Position numbers and translations under genes: made by a program. A DNA stretch of 64,000 nucleotides from Bacteroidaceae bacterium (GTDB lineage Bacteria > Bacteroidota > Bacteroidia > Bacteroidales > Bacteroidaceae): the NCBI GenBank assembly GCA_017617635.1, contig JAFZVW010000029.1, positions 814-64,813 on the forward strand. The letters are read 5' to 3'. Of the stretch, positions 50,231 to 59,093 are shown one piece after another (position 1 is the stretch's first letter; each line of letters opens with the position of its first letter). The notes beneath the pieces are model-generated. The model was not told the DNA's origin. It saw only the letters and a program-made list of their open reading frames with translations, and did no database searches.

Positions 50231-53200
50231 TTAGCGAATGACCTTCTTGCCGTTCTGGATGTAGATGCCGTGCTTGGGTGCATGGTTCAGGCGCTGGCCG
50301 CTGAGGGTGTAGATTCCGTACTGACCAGTAACTCCCGACTGACCATCCAGTGATGTAATGCCTGTAGCAAGGATGCGTTCCATTGCTTCGTTACGGGCAT
50401 CGGTTGCGTTGTAGCCGGGAACCTTGATAAGCATCCACTGGCAGCCGCTGTCGTTTATTGTCCACTGTGCAACGGGCTTGGATGAATTCTGCGGAGCAGC
50501 GCACATATAGGCTTTCTCTTCATCGCTTCCGCTTTCACGGAAAGTGAAGCCGCCTGACTGCTGTGTCATCTCCAGGGCAAACGGCTCGGCCTGGAAGGTG
50601 CATGGCTGGCTGGTTACGTCAAATACCGGTACCTTGACGAATTGTCTGCGTCCTACGTTGTACAGGTAGTATTGGTTGCCGTATTTGATGACAAGCCACA
50701 TGTTGTTCTCTGCGAAGCGGTTGACTGATGCCGAGAATGTTGAGTTGCTGCTCTCGCCAAGCCACAGATTGCTGCTGGACGGGTTGTTGTATATAATGCC
50801 CAGGCCGGCTGAGTTCTTGACGGTGTAAACCTGATTGTCCTGGATTTCGGCAAGTGTGGAGATCTTGTTCGCTGCTTCGTATCCTTCCTTGTCAGCCGCA
50901 AAATCGAGCATAGCTTCGGCTGTAGAGCGGGCACTCTGGCTGTCTGCCATCGGGACTGTGATAATCTGCCAGGTCGAACCGTTGTCGGTATTTGTCCACT
51001 GTGCAACGGGCTTGGACGAATTCTGCGGAGCTGCGCACATAAAGGCTTTCTCGTTAGTGCTTCCGCTTTCACGGAAAGTGAAGCCGTCTGACTGCTGTGT
51101 AATCTCCAGGGCAAACGGCTCGGCCTGGAAGGTGCATGGCTGGCTGGTTACGTTGAATTCAGGTACCTTGGCAAATTCCTTGCGACCTACATTATATATG
51201 TACCACTTGTCGTTCTTCTGCAGGATTACCCACGAAGCGTCGTCGCTGTCGTGGTCAACGCTCTGGCCCATTGCCGCATTGCTGCTTTCACCCAGCCAGA
51301 TGTTGGTTTGTGAGGGGTTGTTGTAGATGATGCCCAGGCCGTTGGTGTTGATGATGTTGACGGCTTTCTGGTTTGCCTTCAGCTCATCCAGGGTGTTTAT
51401 CCGGACGGGTTCCTCGGTTGTTCCTCCCTGATCCTCGGGGTCCGGGGTTGCAACAGGCGCAGTCGTATCCTCCTCGGGGGCGGGGGCCTGCTTGCTTGCC
51501 GCTACGGTCTCGATAAGGGGGTGGACATTACCGTTTATAATATAGGAGCATCTGCGTGCCATCGAACGTGAATTGGATGATGCCAGGTCGTTGCACATAT
51601 CCCAGTACATTATGCCGGCAAGGTCGTTGTCCCTGGCATAGCGTGTGCGGTCGACAACCTGGTTCACCGAGTTCATGACGTAGTTGCTGCCGTTGTAGGT
51701 GAAACTTTCCTGATCATCTGTTATGTTGCCTGCAATCCAGTTATAACCGATTGCTCCCGCTCCGCCGCCACTGTCGGTGATTGTCGCGTAGGAGGGCAGC
51801 ATCTTATCGCGCGGTACGCCCCAGTTTATGATGTTATTGACATAGTTCACGTATGTGCTGTAGTACGAGTGTGTTGACTGCGGACCGTACTGCTGGATGT
51901 TGAAGTAGTCGACATATTGCATCAGGTCCGTAGGGAAGTTGTATGTCACGTTGTGCATGCTGACAGAGATAGTCTTGCCTTCGTTCAGGAGCGGTCGCAG
52001 TTCCTTTATCATGAGACCGATGTTGCGCCAGCCTGACTGGCTATAGAGCCACTCGAAGTCGATGTCTATGCCGTCAATGCCTTCCTGGTTGGCAAGGTTG
52101 GCAAGGGCCTGTGCCATGCGTTTGCGGTTGGCGTCTGAACCGACTGCGACACTGAGTTTGTCATCGGACGGCTGTGATGCTGTGGCGAGCCATCGCTGAC
52201 CACGCAGATTGCCGGCGGTATTCTTCATATAGTCCAGATAACCTGGCATGGAGTAGGAGTCGAATCCCAGGTTATGAGGCTTTTCGAAACGGTAGTATCC
52301 AATCTTGTTGTAGAAGCTCCATGCTGCGAGTTTCACACCTGGTGCGGGCATTTCGGCACCGCCCCGGTCGTTGGCAATCTGGGCCTCGGTGCGGGTAATG
52401 CTCCATGTTGCAAAGTTGTCGAACTTGCATTTAAGCCCCTGGCCGAGAATCATTGATGCCGAGCCGAGTCCTATGGCGTTGCCTGCAAGGTCGGGGAAGT
52501 CTGCCTGGGTGATGGCAAAGAAATACCAGTAGTTGCCAGTACGGAAAATGGAGGTCATACCACTGCCGTTCCAAGCCTGCAGTGCAGTCTTTTCGCCGCC
52601 GTTGTACTGCAGATAGATGGGGCCTGATGTTCCTCCGGTATTGGGCGCACCCAGTGTTATCTCGATGAAGTTGTTGTTGTCGGCACGCTTGGACAATACC
52701 TTTGCACCTTCCTTCCACTCGTCGATATTGAGCCAGAACTCGATGGTGAAGTTGGTTGCATCCGCAGGGATGATGCTCTGCGGCAGTGTCATTGTAGCGT
52801 CCTCGGTAGTAAGATGCAGCAGGCCGGTACGCTTGTTGCTTGTGCTGCCGAAGGATTCCATGTATTCTGCTCCCTCGCTTACAATACCCTGATGGACGGG
52901 GGCGTTGAACCATGCATTGCCGTCCTTGTCGGTGCTGATGCCCAGTATTGAGATAAAGTTGCTGAGACAACCGTAGTGGTCACTGTCGAAACCGGTCGTG
53001 AAAGTATGCTCCAGATTGTCGTATGCCATGTGAATGCGATACTTCATGTGTGGATTGTCGGTATACTTCACCTTCCTGACTCCGCTAGCCGACATTGTTC
53101 CGTGCAGGCCTGTAGTTGCCTGTGTGCCCTTGACGGTCTCGTTCTTGAAATTTATGACATTCGCACACTGCTCCTGATCCACTTTCCAGTAACCCAACAG

Positions 53201-53746
53201 CGACGACCACTGTGGGTGCAGCTTGTTGAGGGTGTTGTTGTAGAAGCTTTCGTAATCCGTCGGCAGCAAAGTTTTCCACAGGCGAATCTCGTCCATACGG
53301 CCATTGTAGTTGCCACCAAGCCACAGCGAATTGTTCTTTGCAGGAAGTGACAGGTACTGCTCCAAGGTATAGGTCTTTGAGTCGTTCAGGGTTACCTTGG
53401 TCTGATTGCCTGCCTTGTTCGCGCGTATCGTTACGTGACACCATTTACCCTCGCCAATACGGCTGTCGGTGATAGTCAGGTGGTTAGTGCCGTCATTCAG
53501 CACCAGGGCATGATTATTGCCAAGTTTTATACTGAACGTATTGCTGCGTATCAGTGCAGCCTTGGGTGTCCATTGTGTAGGACAGAACCAGAATTGCAGG
53601 GTATAGTCTCCTTCGGTTGCCGGAAGACCACTTACCTTGCCCAGATTAACTACACCCGATGGTTCAAACTCCAGACAGTAGTTGTCTACCTGAGCCATTG
53701 CAGCCGTAGCTGTCAACAGCATAAGTGCAAGAAGAATTTTTTTCAT
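50231..53746 (-). CDS. T9SS-exported multidomain glycoside hydrolase: two LamG/concanavalin-like domains, a GH18 catalytic domain, two tandem copies of an unknown 136-aa domain, and a T9SS CTD
   Basis: 1171 aa with a signal peptide. GH18 catalytic motif DGIDIDFEW (52052-52075). LamG-like segments (YTLQFWF ... MDEIRLW; FTIEFWL ... FDNFATW). The C-terminus GIYTLSGQRLNHAPKHGIYIQNGKKVIR is a T9SS CTD. Confidence 0.8.
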   Translation of the reverse strand: MKKILLALMLLTATAAMAQVDNYCLEFEPSGVVNLGKVSGLPATEGDYTLQFWFCPTQWTPKAALIRSNTFSIKLGNNHALVLNDGTNHLTITDSRIGEGKWCHVTIRANKAGNQTKVTLNDSKTYTLEQYLSLPAKNNSLWLGGNYNGRMDEIRLWKTLLPTDYESFYNNTLNKLHPQWSSLLGYWKVDQEQCANVINFKNETVKGTQATTGLHGTMSASGVRKVKYTDNPHMKYRIHMAYDNLEHTFTTGFDSDHYGCLSNFISILGISTDKDGNAWFNAPVHQGIVSEGAEYMESFGSTSNKRTGLLHLTTEDATMTLPQSIIPADATNFTIEFWLNIDEWKEGAKVLSKRADNNNFIEITLGAPNTGGTSGPIYLQYNGGEKTALQAWNGSGMTSIFRTGNYWYFFAITQADFPDLAGNAIGLGSASMILGQGLKCKFDNFATWSITRTEAQIANDRGGAEMPAPGVKLAAWSFYNKIGYYRFEKPHNLGFDSYSMPGYLDYMKNTAGNLRGQRWLATASQPSDDKLSVAVGSDANRKRMAQALANLANQEGIDGIDIDFEWLYSQSGWRNIGLMIKELRPLLNEGKTISVSMHNVTYNFPTDLMQYVDYFNIQQYGPQSTHSYYSTYVNYVNNIINWGVPRDKMLPSYATITDSGGGAGAIGYNWIAGNITDDQESFTYNGSNYVMNSVNQVVDRTRYARDNDLAGIMYWDMCNDLASSNSRSMARRCSYIINGNVHPLIETVAASKQAPAPEEDTTAPVATPDPEDQGGTTEEPVRINTLDELKANQKAVNIINTNGLGIIYNNPSQTNIWLGESSNAAMGQSVDHDSDDASWVILQKNDKWYIYNVGRKEFAKVPEFNVTSQPCTFQAEPFALEITQQSDGFTFRESGSTNEKAFMCAAPQNSSKPVAQWTNTDNGSTWQIITVPMADSQSARSTAEAMLDFAADKEGYEAANKISTLAEIQDNQVYTVKNSAGLGIIYNNPSSSNLWLGESSNSTFSASVNRFAENNMWLVIKYGNQYYLYNVGRRQFVKVPVFDVTSQPCTFQAEPFALEMTQQSGGFTFRESGSDEEKAYMCAAPQNSSKPVAQWTINDSGCQWMLIKVPGYNATDARNEAMERILATGITSLDGQSGVTGQYGIYTLSGQRLNHAPKHGIYIQNGKKVIR

Positions 53747-53768
53747 GTCAGTATGTTCTTGTTTGGTA

Positions 53769-54431
53769 TTATTTTGCGGTTAATGTAGCCGTGTTATTAT
53801 CAACTGTAAAGTGTATCGTATGTTGTGCGTATTCGAAACTGTAGATACGCTGCGAATCATCCTGATAATGAGGACGCGGGTCGTTCTGCAGCATCTGTGT
53901 GAGCAGGTCCCAGTCGTGTGGCGTAAGGGTAGGGTAGGCTGACCGGACTTCGTCTGTAATGACAACTTGCAAAGGCTCGGTTTGTATGTCATCTGTCCAT
54001 CCTCCTGTTGCATCGGTATGCGCATCCGTAAACGGCAGATAAGGCTTGATATCCACAATTGCCGTACCGTTCATCAAGTCTGCCCCGTCCACGTACAAAA
54101 CAGGACCGTCGGTACAGTTCCAGTCAATCTTCTGCAGGCGCACGCTGCTGAGTCCTATGTTGTTCGGGCGGAATGGCGAGCGCGTTGCAAAGACTCCCAT
54201 CCGCTTGTTTCCGCCCAATAGCGGCGGCCGCACAGTCAGACTCTTGCATGGGGCGTCGAATGTCCACAGAAGCCATATATGGCTGAAACTCTCCAAACCT
54301 CGCAGAGCCTCCTCCCGCCTGTATTCCGGTTCAAGCACAATACGGGACACCAGACCGTTCACCATTCCGCTCTGGCGCGGAACACCGAACTTGCCGGTAT
54401 ATGCATTATGTATATGTGCGATGGGAGTCAT
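53769..54431 (-). CDS. trmO: tRNA (N6-threonylcarbamoyladenosine-N6)-methyltransferase TrmO (YaeB/TsaA family)
   Basis: IAHIHNAYTGKFGVPRQSG ... SHIWLLWTFD ... GVFATRSPFRPNNIGLS. I use the ATG at 54431; the track start at 54452 is TTG. Confidence 0.8.
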   Translation of the reverse strand: MTPIAHIHNAYTGKFGVPRQSGMVNGLVSRIVLEPEYRREEALRGLESFSHIWLLWTFDAPCKSLTVRPPLLGGNKRMGVFATRSPFRPNNIGLSSVRLQKIDWNCTDGPVLYVDGADLMNGTAIVDIKPYLPFTDAHTDATGGWTDDIQTEPLQVVITDEVRSAYPTLTPHDWDLLTQMLQNDPRPHYQDDSQRIYSFEYAQHTIHFTVDNNTATLTAK

Positions 54432-54443
54432 TATGAAACAACT

Positions 54444-54468
54444 ATGGAACAACTATTTAACTACCATT
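54444..54468. repeat. Copy 1 of the 25-mer ATGGAACAACT(A/G)TTTAACTACCATT
   Basis: 24 of 25 positions match 59338-59362. Here it spans the stop codon and last codons of the DUF554 gene, 13 nt from the trmO ATG. Confidence 0.85.
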
Positions 54469-55175
54469 AGACAAATATAGAATACCACCGGTACCAACAG
54501 GCTTGGCAACAGGTTTACAGTCTTGCAGTCCTTGATTCCCAGGATTCCTAGGCCTGAGCTGACAATCAGTACGCCGCCTACGATGGAAAGTTCGCACCTC
54601 ATCGGTTCGGGCATGCCGTCGCCGAAGAACCATGCAATTGCGTAGAACATTCCCTGCCACAGAAACAGTACAGGCGCTGCCATCAGCATAATCCACCCGA
54701 AGGATGCCGACAGTACAGCCGATGTAACCAGGTCCAGCGTGGCGTTGGTGTACAGGAAGGTATTGGCCTGTTCGCCAAAGTCCCATCCATGTGACGGGGA
54801 CAGTGCCGAGAGCACAGGGCCGACAATGGCAAATGTCCCTATGCAGTACAGCAGAATGCCTGTGACAAGTCCCTGTACAGCATTGCTGTCCTTGCCCTGT
54901 CGGCGGTTAAGCTTTGCATTCAGCCTGTCTATCTTGCCCGACAAGTCCATCCAGGTGCCTATGACAGCACCGATGGCCAGGCTCAGGATAAACAGCACGG
55001 GATATTCGCTTTTGGCCATATTGCGCAGTGCGGCATCTGCTCCCAGGACCAGACAGGCCAATCCCAGAGCATTGAACATCGCTCCCTTGTATCTGTCTCC
55101 GATACCTTCACGGACAATGGCTCCGAATGCACTGCCTATGATGATTGTTGCTGTATTGACTATTGTGCCGAGCAT
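54453..55175 (-). CDS. DUF554-family membrane protein
   Basis: 240 aa. MLGTIVNTATIIIGSAFGAIV is a typical DUF554 N-terminus, followed by about 6 TM segments. Confidence 0.7.
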   Translation of the reverse strand: MLGTIVNTATIIIGSAFGAIVREGIGDRYKGAMFNALGLACLVLGADAALRNMAKSEYPVLFILSLAIGAVIGTWMDLSGKIDRLNAKLNRRQGKDSNAVQGLVTGILLYCIGTFAIVGPVLSALSPSHGWDFGEQANTFLYTNATLDLVTSAVLSASFGWIMLMAAPVLFLWQGMFYAIAWFFGDGMPEPMRCELSIVGGVLIVSSGLGILGIKDCKTVNLLPSLLVPVVFYICLMVVK

Positions 55176-55181
55176 AATCTG

Positions 55182-55955
55182 CTATTGAATGTTTTTCCGT
55201 ATTTTGGTAAGATAGCGGTTCAGGCCATCCTCGTCTTTTTCGTCAATAAGCTGAATCAGTTCCTTCAGTTCGGCACGGATATCCTCGACATGATGCTTGG
55301 TGCGCGGATTGAACAGAATCTCACGCAGAAGGGTATCGTCCTCGCTCAGCACTCCGCGTGCTATCTTCAGGTGACGGTTGAACGTGGTACCGGGGGCATC
55401 CTGGTGCTTCATTACAGCCGAGAAGACAAAGGTGCTTACGAAAGGCACGGACAGCGAATATGCCATTGCCTCATCGTGTTCGTCAAAGCTGTATTCGTGT
55501 ACGTTGAGGCCCAGGCGGCGGTACAGGTCAAGGAAGAAGATACGTCCCATGTAATCACCCTCGGTAATGACAATGGCATTCTCGTGCGACAGGGCACCGA
55601 GATTGGCAAAAGTAGGTCCGAACATGGGATGTGTGCTCACATAGCGCATGCCCGTCTTCTCGTAGAAGTCCAGAAATCCTGTCTTTACGCTGCTTATGTC
55701 GCTGATAATGCAGTTTTCTGGGATATGGGGTATGATTTCCTCGAAGACCTTCAGTGTATTCTTCAGTGTAACGGCGTTGATGACCATATCGGGGCAGAAA
55801 TCCTTAATCTCCGCGATAGAGGTGAAACGCTGTGTGTTGTACAGGAAACGCATTCTGCGGGCATCCACCTCGTAAACTGCGCACTCGTGGTCGAAGCTCA
55901 ACACGTCGGTGAAGAAGCTTCCCATCTTGCCTGCTCCTAATATCAGTATCTTCAT
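55182..55955 (-). CDS. tyrA: Prephenate dehydrogenase
   Basis: 257 aa. Rossmann start MKILILGAGKMGSFF and STHPMFGP. Sits in the aromatic amino-acid operon. Confidence 0.8.
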   Translation of the reverse strand: MKILILGAGKMGSFFTDVLSFDHECAVYEVDARRMRFLYNTQRFTSIAEIKDFCPDMVINAVTLKNTLKVFEEIIPHIPENCIISDISSVKTGFLDFYEKTGMRYVSTHPMFGPTFANLGALSHENAIVITEGDYMGRIFFLDLYRRLGLNVHEYSFDEHDEAMAYSLSVPFVSTFVFSAVMKHQDAPGTTFNRHLKIARGVLSEDDTLLREILFNPRTKHHVEDIRAELKELIQLIDEKDEDGLNRYLTKIRKNIQ

Positions 55956-55957
55956 GA

Positions 55958-57022
55958 TTACTTGCTGATGAGGTTAATTTGCTGACGAACGGATTCCTCG
56001 TGAATGGACTCGAAGATTTTCTTGATGCAGTCGGAATCAATACCCTTCAGTGCACCCTGTGCCCCACGCTTGTCCAGAATCTCGCTGTAGCGTTTTGTCT
56101 GGACGACCGTCAGCCCGTGTTCCTTCTTGTACAGGCCTATCTCACGCGAAATGCCCATACGGCGTGCAAGCAGGTCGATCAGTTCGTTGTCAATCTCGTC
56201 AATCTGCTTACGCAATGTTGCCAGAGATGTTGTAAGGTCAACAGCATCGCGGATAATCAGCATCGACAGGATATAGTCAAGTACATCAGGCGTCACCTGC
56301 TGCGAAGCATCGCTCCAGGCCTTGTCCGGCTCGCAGTGGCTCTCAACAATCAGTCCGTCCATGCCGATGTCCATTGCCTGCTGGCACAGTGGAGCAATCA
56401 GGTCCCTGCGTCCGCTGATATGGCTGGGGTCGCACAGTATCGGCAAGTTGGGCATGCGTCGGTGCAGCTCGATGGGAATCTGCCACATGGGCATGTTGCG
56501 GTACAGTTTTTTCTCGTAGCTCGAGAAACCGCGGTGAATAGCTCCCATACGCTTTATGCCTGCCTGGTTGATGCGCTGCAGGGCACCGATCCACAGTTCC
56601 AGGTCGGGATTGACGGGATTCTTGACCAGTACAGGTACGTCAACGCCTTTCAGCGCATCTGCCAGAGACTGTACGGCAAAGGGATTGGCCGTCGTACGGG
56701 CGCCTACCCACAGGATGTCGATACCATATTTCAGAGCCAGTTCAACGTGTTCGGGCGTTGCAACCTCGGTGGCAATCATCATGCCCGTCTCTTCCTTGAC
56801 GGCAGCCATCCATGGAAGGGCCATTTCGCCATTACCCTCGAAACCTCCGGGCTTGGTGCGTGGTTTCCAAACGCCTGCACGGAACATGTGGCAACCTTTG
56901 CCGGCCAGTTGCATAGCCGTATTCATAACCTGTTCCTCTGTTTCGGCACTGCAGGGACCTGCAATGACCAGAGGACGTATGTTGTCACTGGGGAGATTTA
57001 ACGGAGAAAGATTTAATTCCAT
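55958..57022 (-). CDS. Bifunctional 3-deoxy-7-phosphoheptulonate (DAHP) synthase, type I-beta, with a C-terminal chorismate mutase type II
   Basis: 354 aa. KDO8PS-like core (VIAGPCSAE ... ILCDPSHISGRRD) plus a C-terminal CM_2 helix (LRKQIDEIDNELIDLLARRMGISREIGLYK). Confidence 0.85.
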   Translation of the reverse strand: MELNLSPLNLPSDNIRPLVIAGPCSAETEEQVMNTAMQLAGKGCHMFRAGVWKPRTKPGGFEGNGEMALPWMAAVKEETGMMIATEVATPEHVELALKYGIDILWVGARTTANPFAVQSLADALKGVDVPVLVKNPVNPDLELWIGALQRINQAGIKRMGAIHRGFSSYEKKLYRNMPMWQIPIELHRRMPNLPILCDPSHISGRRDLIAPLCQQAMDIGMDGLIVESHCEPDKAWSDASQQVTPDVLDYILSMLIIRDAVDLTTSLATLRKQIDEIDNELIDLLARRMGISREIGLYKKEHGLTVVQTKRYSEILDKRGAQGALKGIDSDCIKKIFESIHEESVRQQINLISK

Positions 57023-57031
57023 ATTGATATG

Positions 57032-57080
57032 TACGATTTACGATGTACGATGTGTGATTTACGATGTATGATTTATCATT
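57032..57080. repeat. Tandem heptamer array TACGAT[GT], seven units
   Basis: tacgatt tacgatg tacgatg tgtgatt tacgatg tatgatt tatcatt. It starts 10 nt upstream of the DAHP synthase ATG (57022) and runs into the last 7 codons of the aminotransferase gene. Confidence 0.9.
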
Positions 57081-58240
57081 TTTGCTATTCTTTCCAGAGC
57101 CTGCTGGAACTTCTCGTCCTTTGCACACAGGCTTATGCGAATGTAGCGTGCACCGTTTGAGCCGAAGATAAATCCGGGGGTGATGAACACGCGTGCCTCG
57201 TGCAGGACGCGTTCGGTCAACAGCTCACAATCCGTATACTTGTCCGGTATGCGGCCCCACAGGAACATACCTGTCTGGTCGTGGTCAAACTCGCATCCCA
57301 GGATGTGCATTATCTCCTCGGCATAGCGACGGCGGCGGGCGTAGTTTCCGATGTTGAACTCACGATGCCAGTCATCAGCATTGTCCATAGCTTTGGCTGC
57401 TGCCAACTGTATTCCGCGGAAAGTTCCGCTGTCGATGTTAGACTTGATTTTCAGTGCCCACTGGACAAATTTCCCGCATCCCAACAGCATGCCTACACGC
57501 CAGCCGGGCATATTATGGCTCTTGGACATCGAATTCAGTTCTATGCAGCACTCCTTGGCCCCCGGAATCTGCAGAATGGACAGTTTCTCGCCGTCGTTCA
57601 GTATAAACGAATACGGGTTGTCATTGACGATTACAATATCGTGCTTCCTGCCGAATTCCACCAGACGCTCGTAGGTCTCGCGCCTTGCACGTCCTCCGGT
57701 CGGCATATTGGGGTAGTTTGTCCACAGCAGCCTGATGTCGCTGTTTTCCTCAGCCAGCCGTTCCAACTGTTCAAAATCGGGCTGCCAGCCGTCATTTTCC
57801 TTCAGGTCGTAGTTGATTACCCTTGCTCCCAGAATCTTGCTCAACGATGTATATGTAGGGTAGCCGGGATTGGGAACCAGAACGCCTTCCCCGGGATTTA
57901 CAAAAGCCAGAGTGGTATGCAGTATTCCCTCTTTCGAACCTATCAGCGGCAATACCTCTTTGGCAGGATCCAACTCAACATTGTAGAACCGCTTGTAGAA
58001 CCCAGCAATTGCGTTGCGCAGCTCGGGCGTACCCATAGTTGGCTGGTAGCCGTGTGCGTCGGGCATCTTTGCAACCTGGCACAGGGCGTCAATGGTTTCT
58101 TTGCTCGGAGGCATGTCAGGACTGCCAATGGCGAGGGAAATCACATCCTTGCCCTCGGCATTCATCTGCGCAACCTCCTTCAGCTTACGCGAGAAATAGT
58201 ATTCTTGTACCAGACTTAATCTGTCTGCGGGATTTATCAT
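57059..58240 (-). CDS. Class I/II PLP-dependent aminotransferase (aromatic/prephenate aminotransferase by context)
   Basis: 393 aa. PLP-lysine motif NSMSKSHNMPGWRVG. Lies between pheA and the DAHP synthase gene. Confidence 0.8.
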   Translation of the reverse strand: MINPADRLSLVQEYYFSRKLKEVAQMNAEGKDVISLAIGSPDMPPSKETIDALCQVAKMPDAHGYQPTMGTPELRNAIAGFYKRFYNVELDPAKEVLPLIGSKEGILHTTLAFVNPGEGVLVPNPGYPTYTSLSKILGARVINYDLKENDGWQPDFEQLERLAEENSDIRLLWTNYPNMPTGGRARRETYERLVEFGRKHDIVIVNDNPYSFILNDGEKLSILQIPGAKECCIELNSMSKSHNMPGWRVGMLLGCGKFVQWALKIKSNIDSGTFRGIQLAAAKAMDNADDWHREFNIGNYARRRRYAEEIMHILGCEFDHDQTGMFLWGRIPDKYTDCELLTERVLHEARVFITPGFIFGSNGARYIRISLCAKDEKFQQALERIAKMINHTS

Positions 58241-58265
58241 ATCAATTCGTAATTTAATTCATAAT
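58241..58265. repeat. Degenerate AATTCAT-type heptamer tract
   Basis: atc aattcgt aattta attcata attc fills the gap between the pheA stop (58266) and the aminotransferase ATG (58240). Confidence 0.6.
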
Positions 58266-59093
58266 TCAGACCGTGTATTCACCCAGGTTCTGCAGTTCGT
58301 GGGTCAACGGTGTTATGGCATTGACTGCCTGGTGGAAGCGTTTGTAATCGTCAAATGCCACATCAATGTAGAACAGGTACTGCCACTCTTTGCCTATGAT
58401 TGGCAGAGACTGTATCTTGCTCAGATTCATCTTGTAGAATGACAGTATGGACAGAATGGCGCTCAACGAACCCTCTTCATGCGGCAGCGACAGGACCAGC
58501 GAAGCCTTGTTTGTCTTTGTCATCTCCCTGTATTTGCCAGCTTTTGCAGGATTGGCCAGAATCAGGAAGCGCGTAAAGTTATGCTTGTTCGTCTCAATGC
58601 CTTCCTCCAGCACCTTCATGCCATAGATTGCAGCAGCATCCTTGTGACAGATTGCTGCATGACCGCGCAGCTGCCTGCGCTTGATTGTTGCGGCAGCACC
58701 TGCAGTATCCGCTACTTCCACGACCTTAAGTCCATCGTGACGGTTCAGGAATTCACGGCACTGCATCAGGGCAACCGGATGCGAGTTCACCTCCACCACA
58801 TCTGCCCAGTTGTCTTCGGGCAGACACATGATAGAATGGCTTATATGCAGTTTGTGTTCGCCAACTATCGTCAGCCCCGAATCCCTCATCAGTTCATAGT
58901 TGTGCAACAGACTTCCCGCAATTGTATTCTCTATTGCCACCACTGCCAGAAGTTGGTCGTCTGCGGCCATCTCACGGAATACGTCTTCGAACGTGTCACA
59001 TTCCACCAGTTCGATATCCTCGCCGTCGAAATACTGATGTGCAGCGATATCGTGGAAACTGCCCTTTATACCTTGTATTGCTATTCTTTTCAT
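58266..59093 (-). CDS. pheA: Prephenate dehydratase (PDT plus ACT domains)
   Basis: 275 aa. IAIQGIKGSFHDIAA, TRFLIL, and an ACT-like C-terminus. Confidence 0.85.
   Translation of the reverse strand: MKRIAIQGIKGSFHDIAAHQYFDGEDIELVECDTFEDVFREMAADDQLLAVVAIENTIAGSLLHNYELMRDSGLTIVGEHKLHISHSIMCLPEDNWADVVEVNSHPVALMQCREFLNRHDGLKVVEVADTAGAAATIKRRQLRGHAAICHKDAAAIYGMKVLEEGIETNKHNFTRFLILANPAKAGKYREMTKTNKASLVLSLPHEEGSLSAILSILSFYKMNLSKIQSLPIIGKEWQYLFYIDVAFDDYKRFHQAVNAITPLTHELQNLGEYTV

Noticed and set aside
55185-58219. Three long plus-strand ORFs (55185-55940, 55979-57001, 57200-58219; 251-340 aa) across the aromatic amino-acid operon.
   Set aside because: Each mirrors a well-supported minus-strand gene (tyrA, DAHP synthase/CM, aminotransferase). 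Their sequences have no recognisable motifs. They are antisense shadow ORFs.
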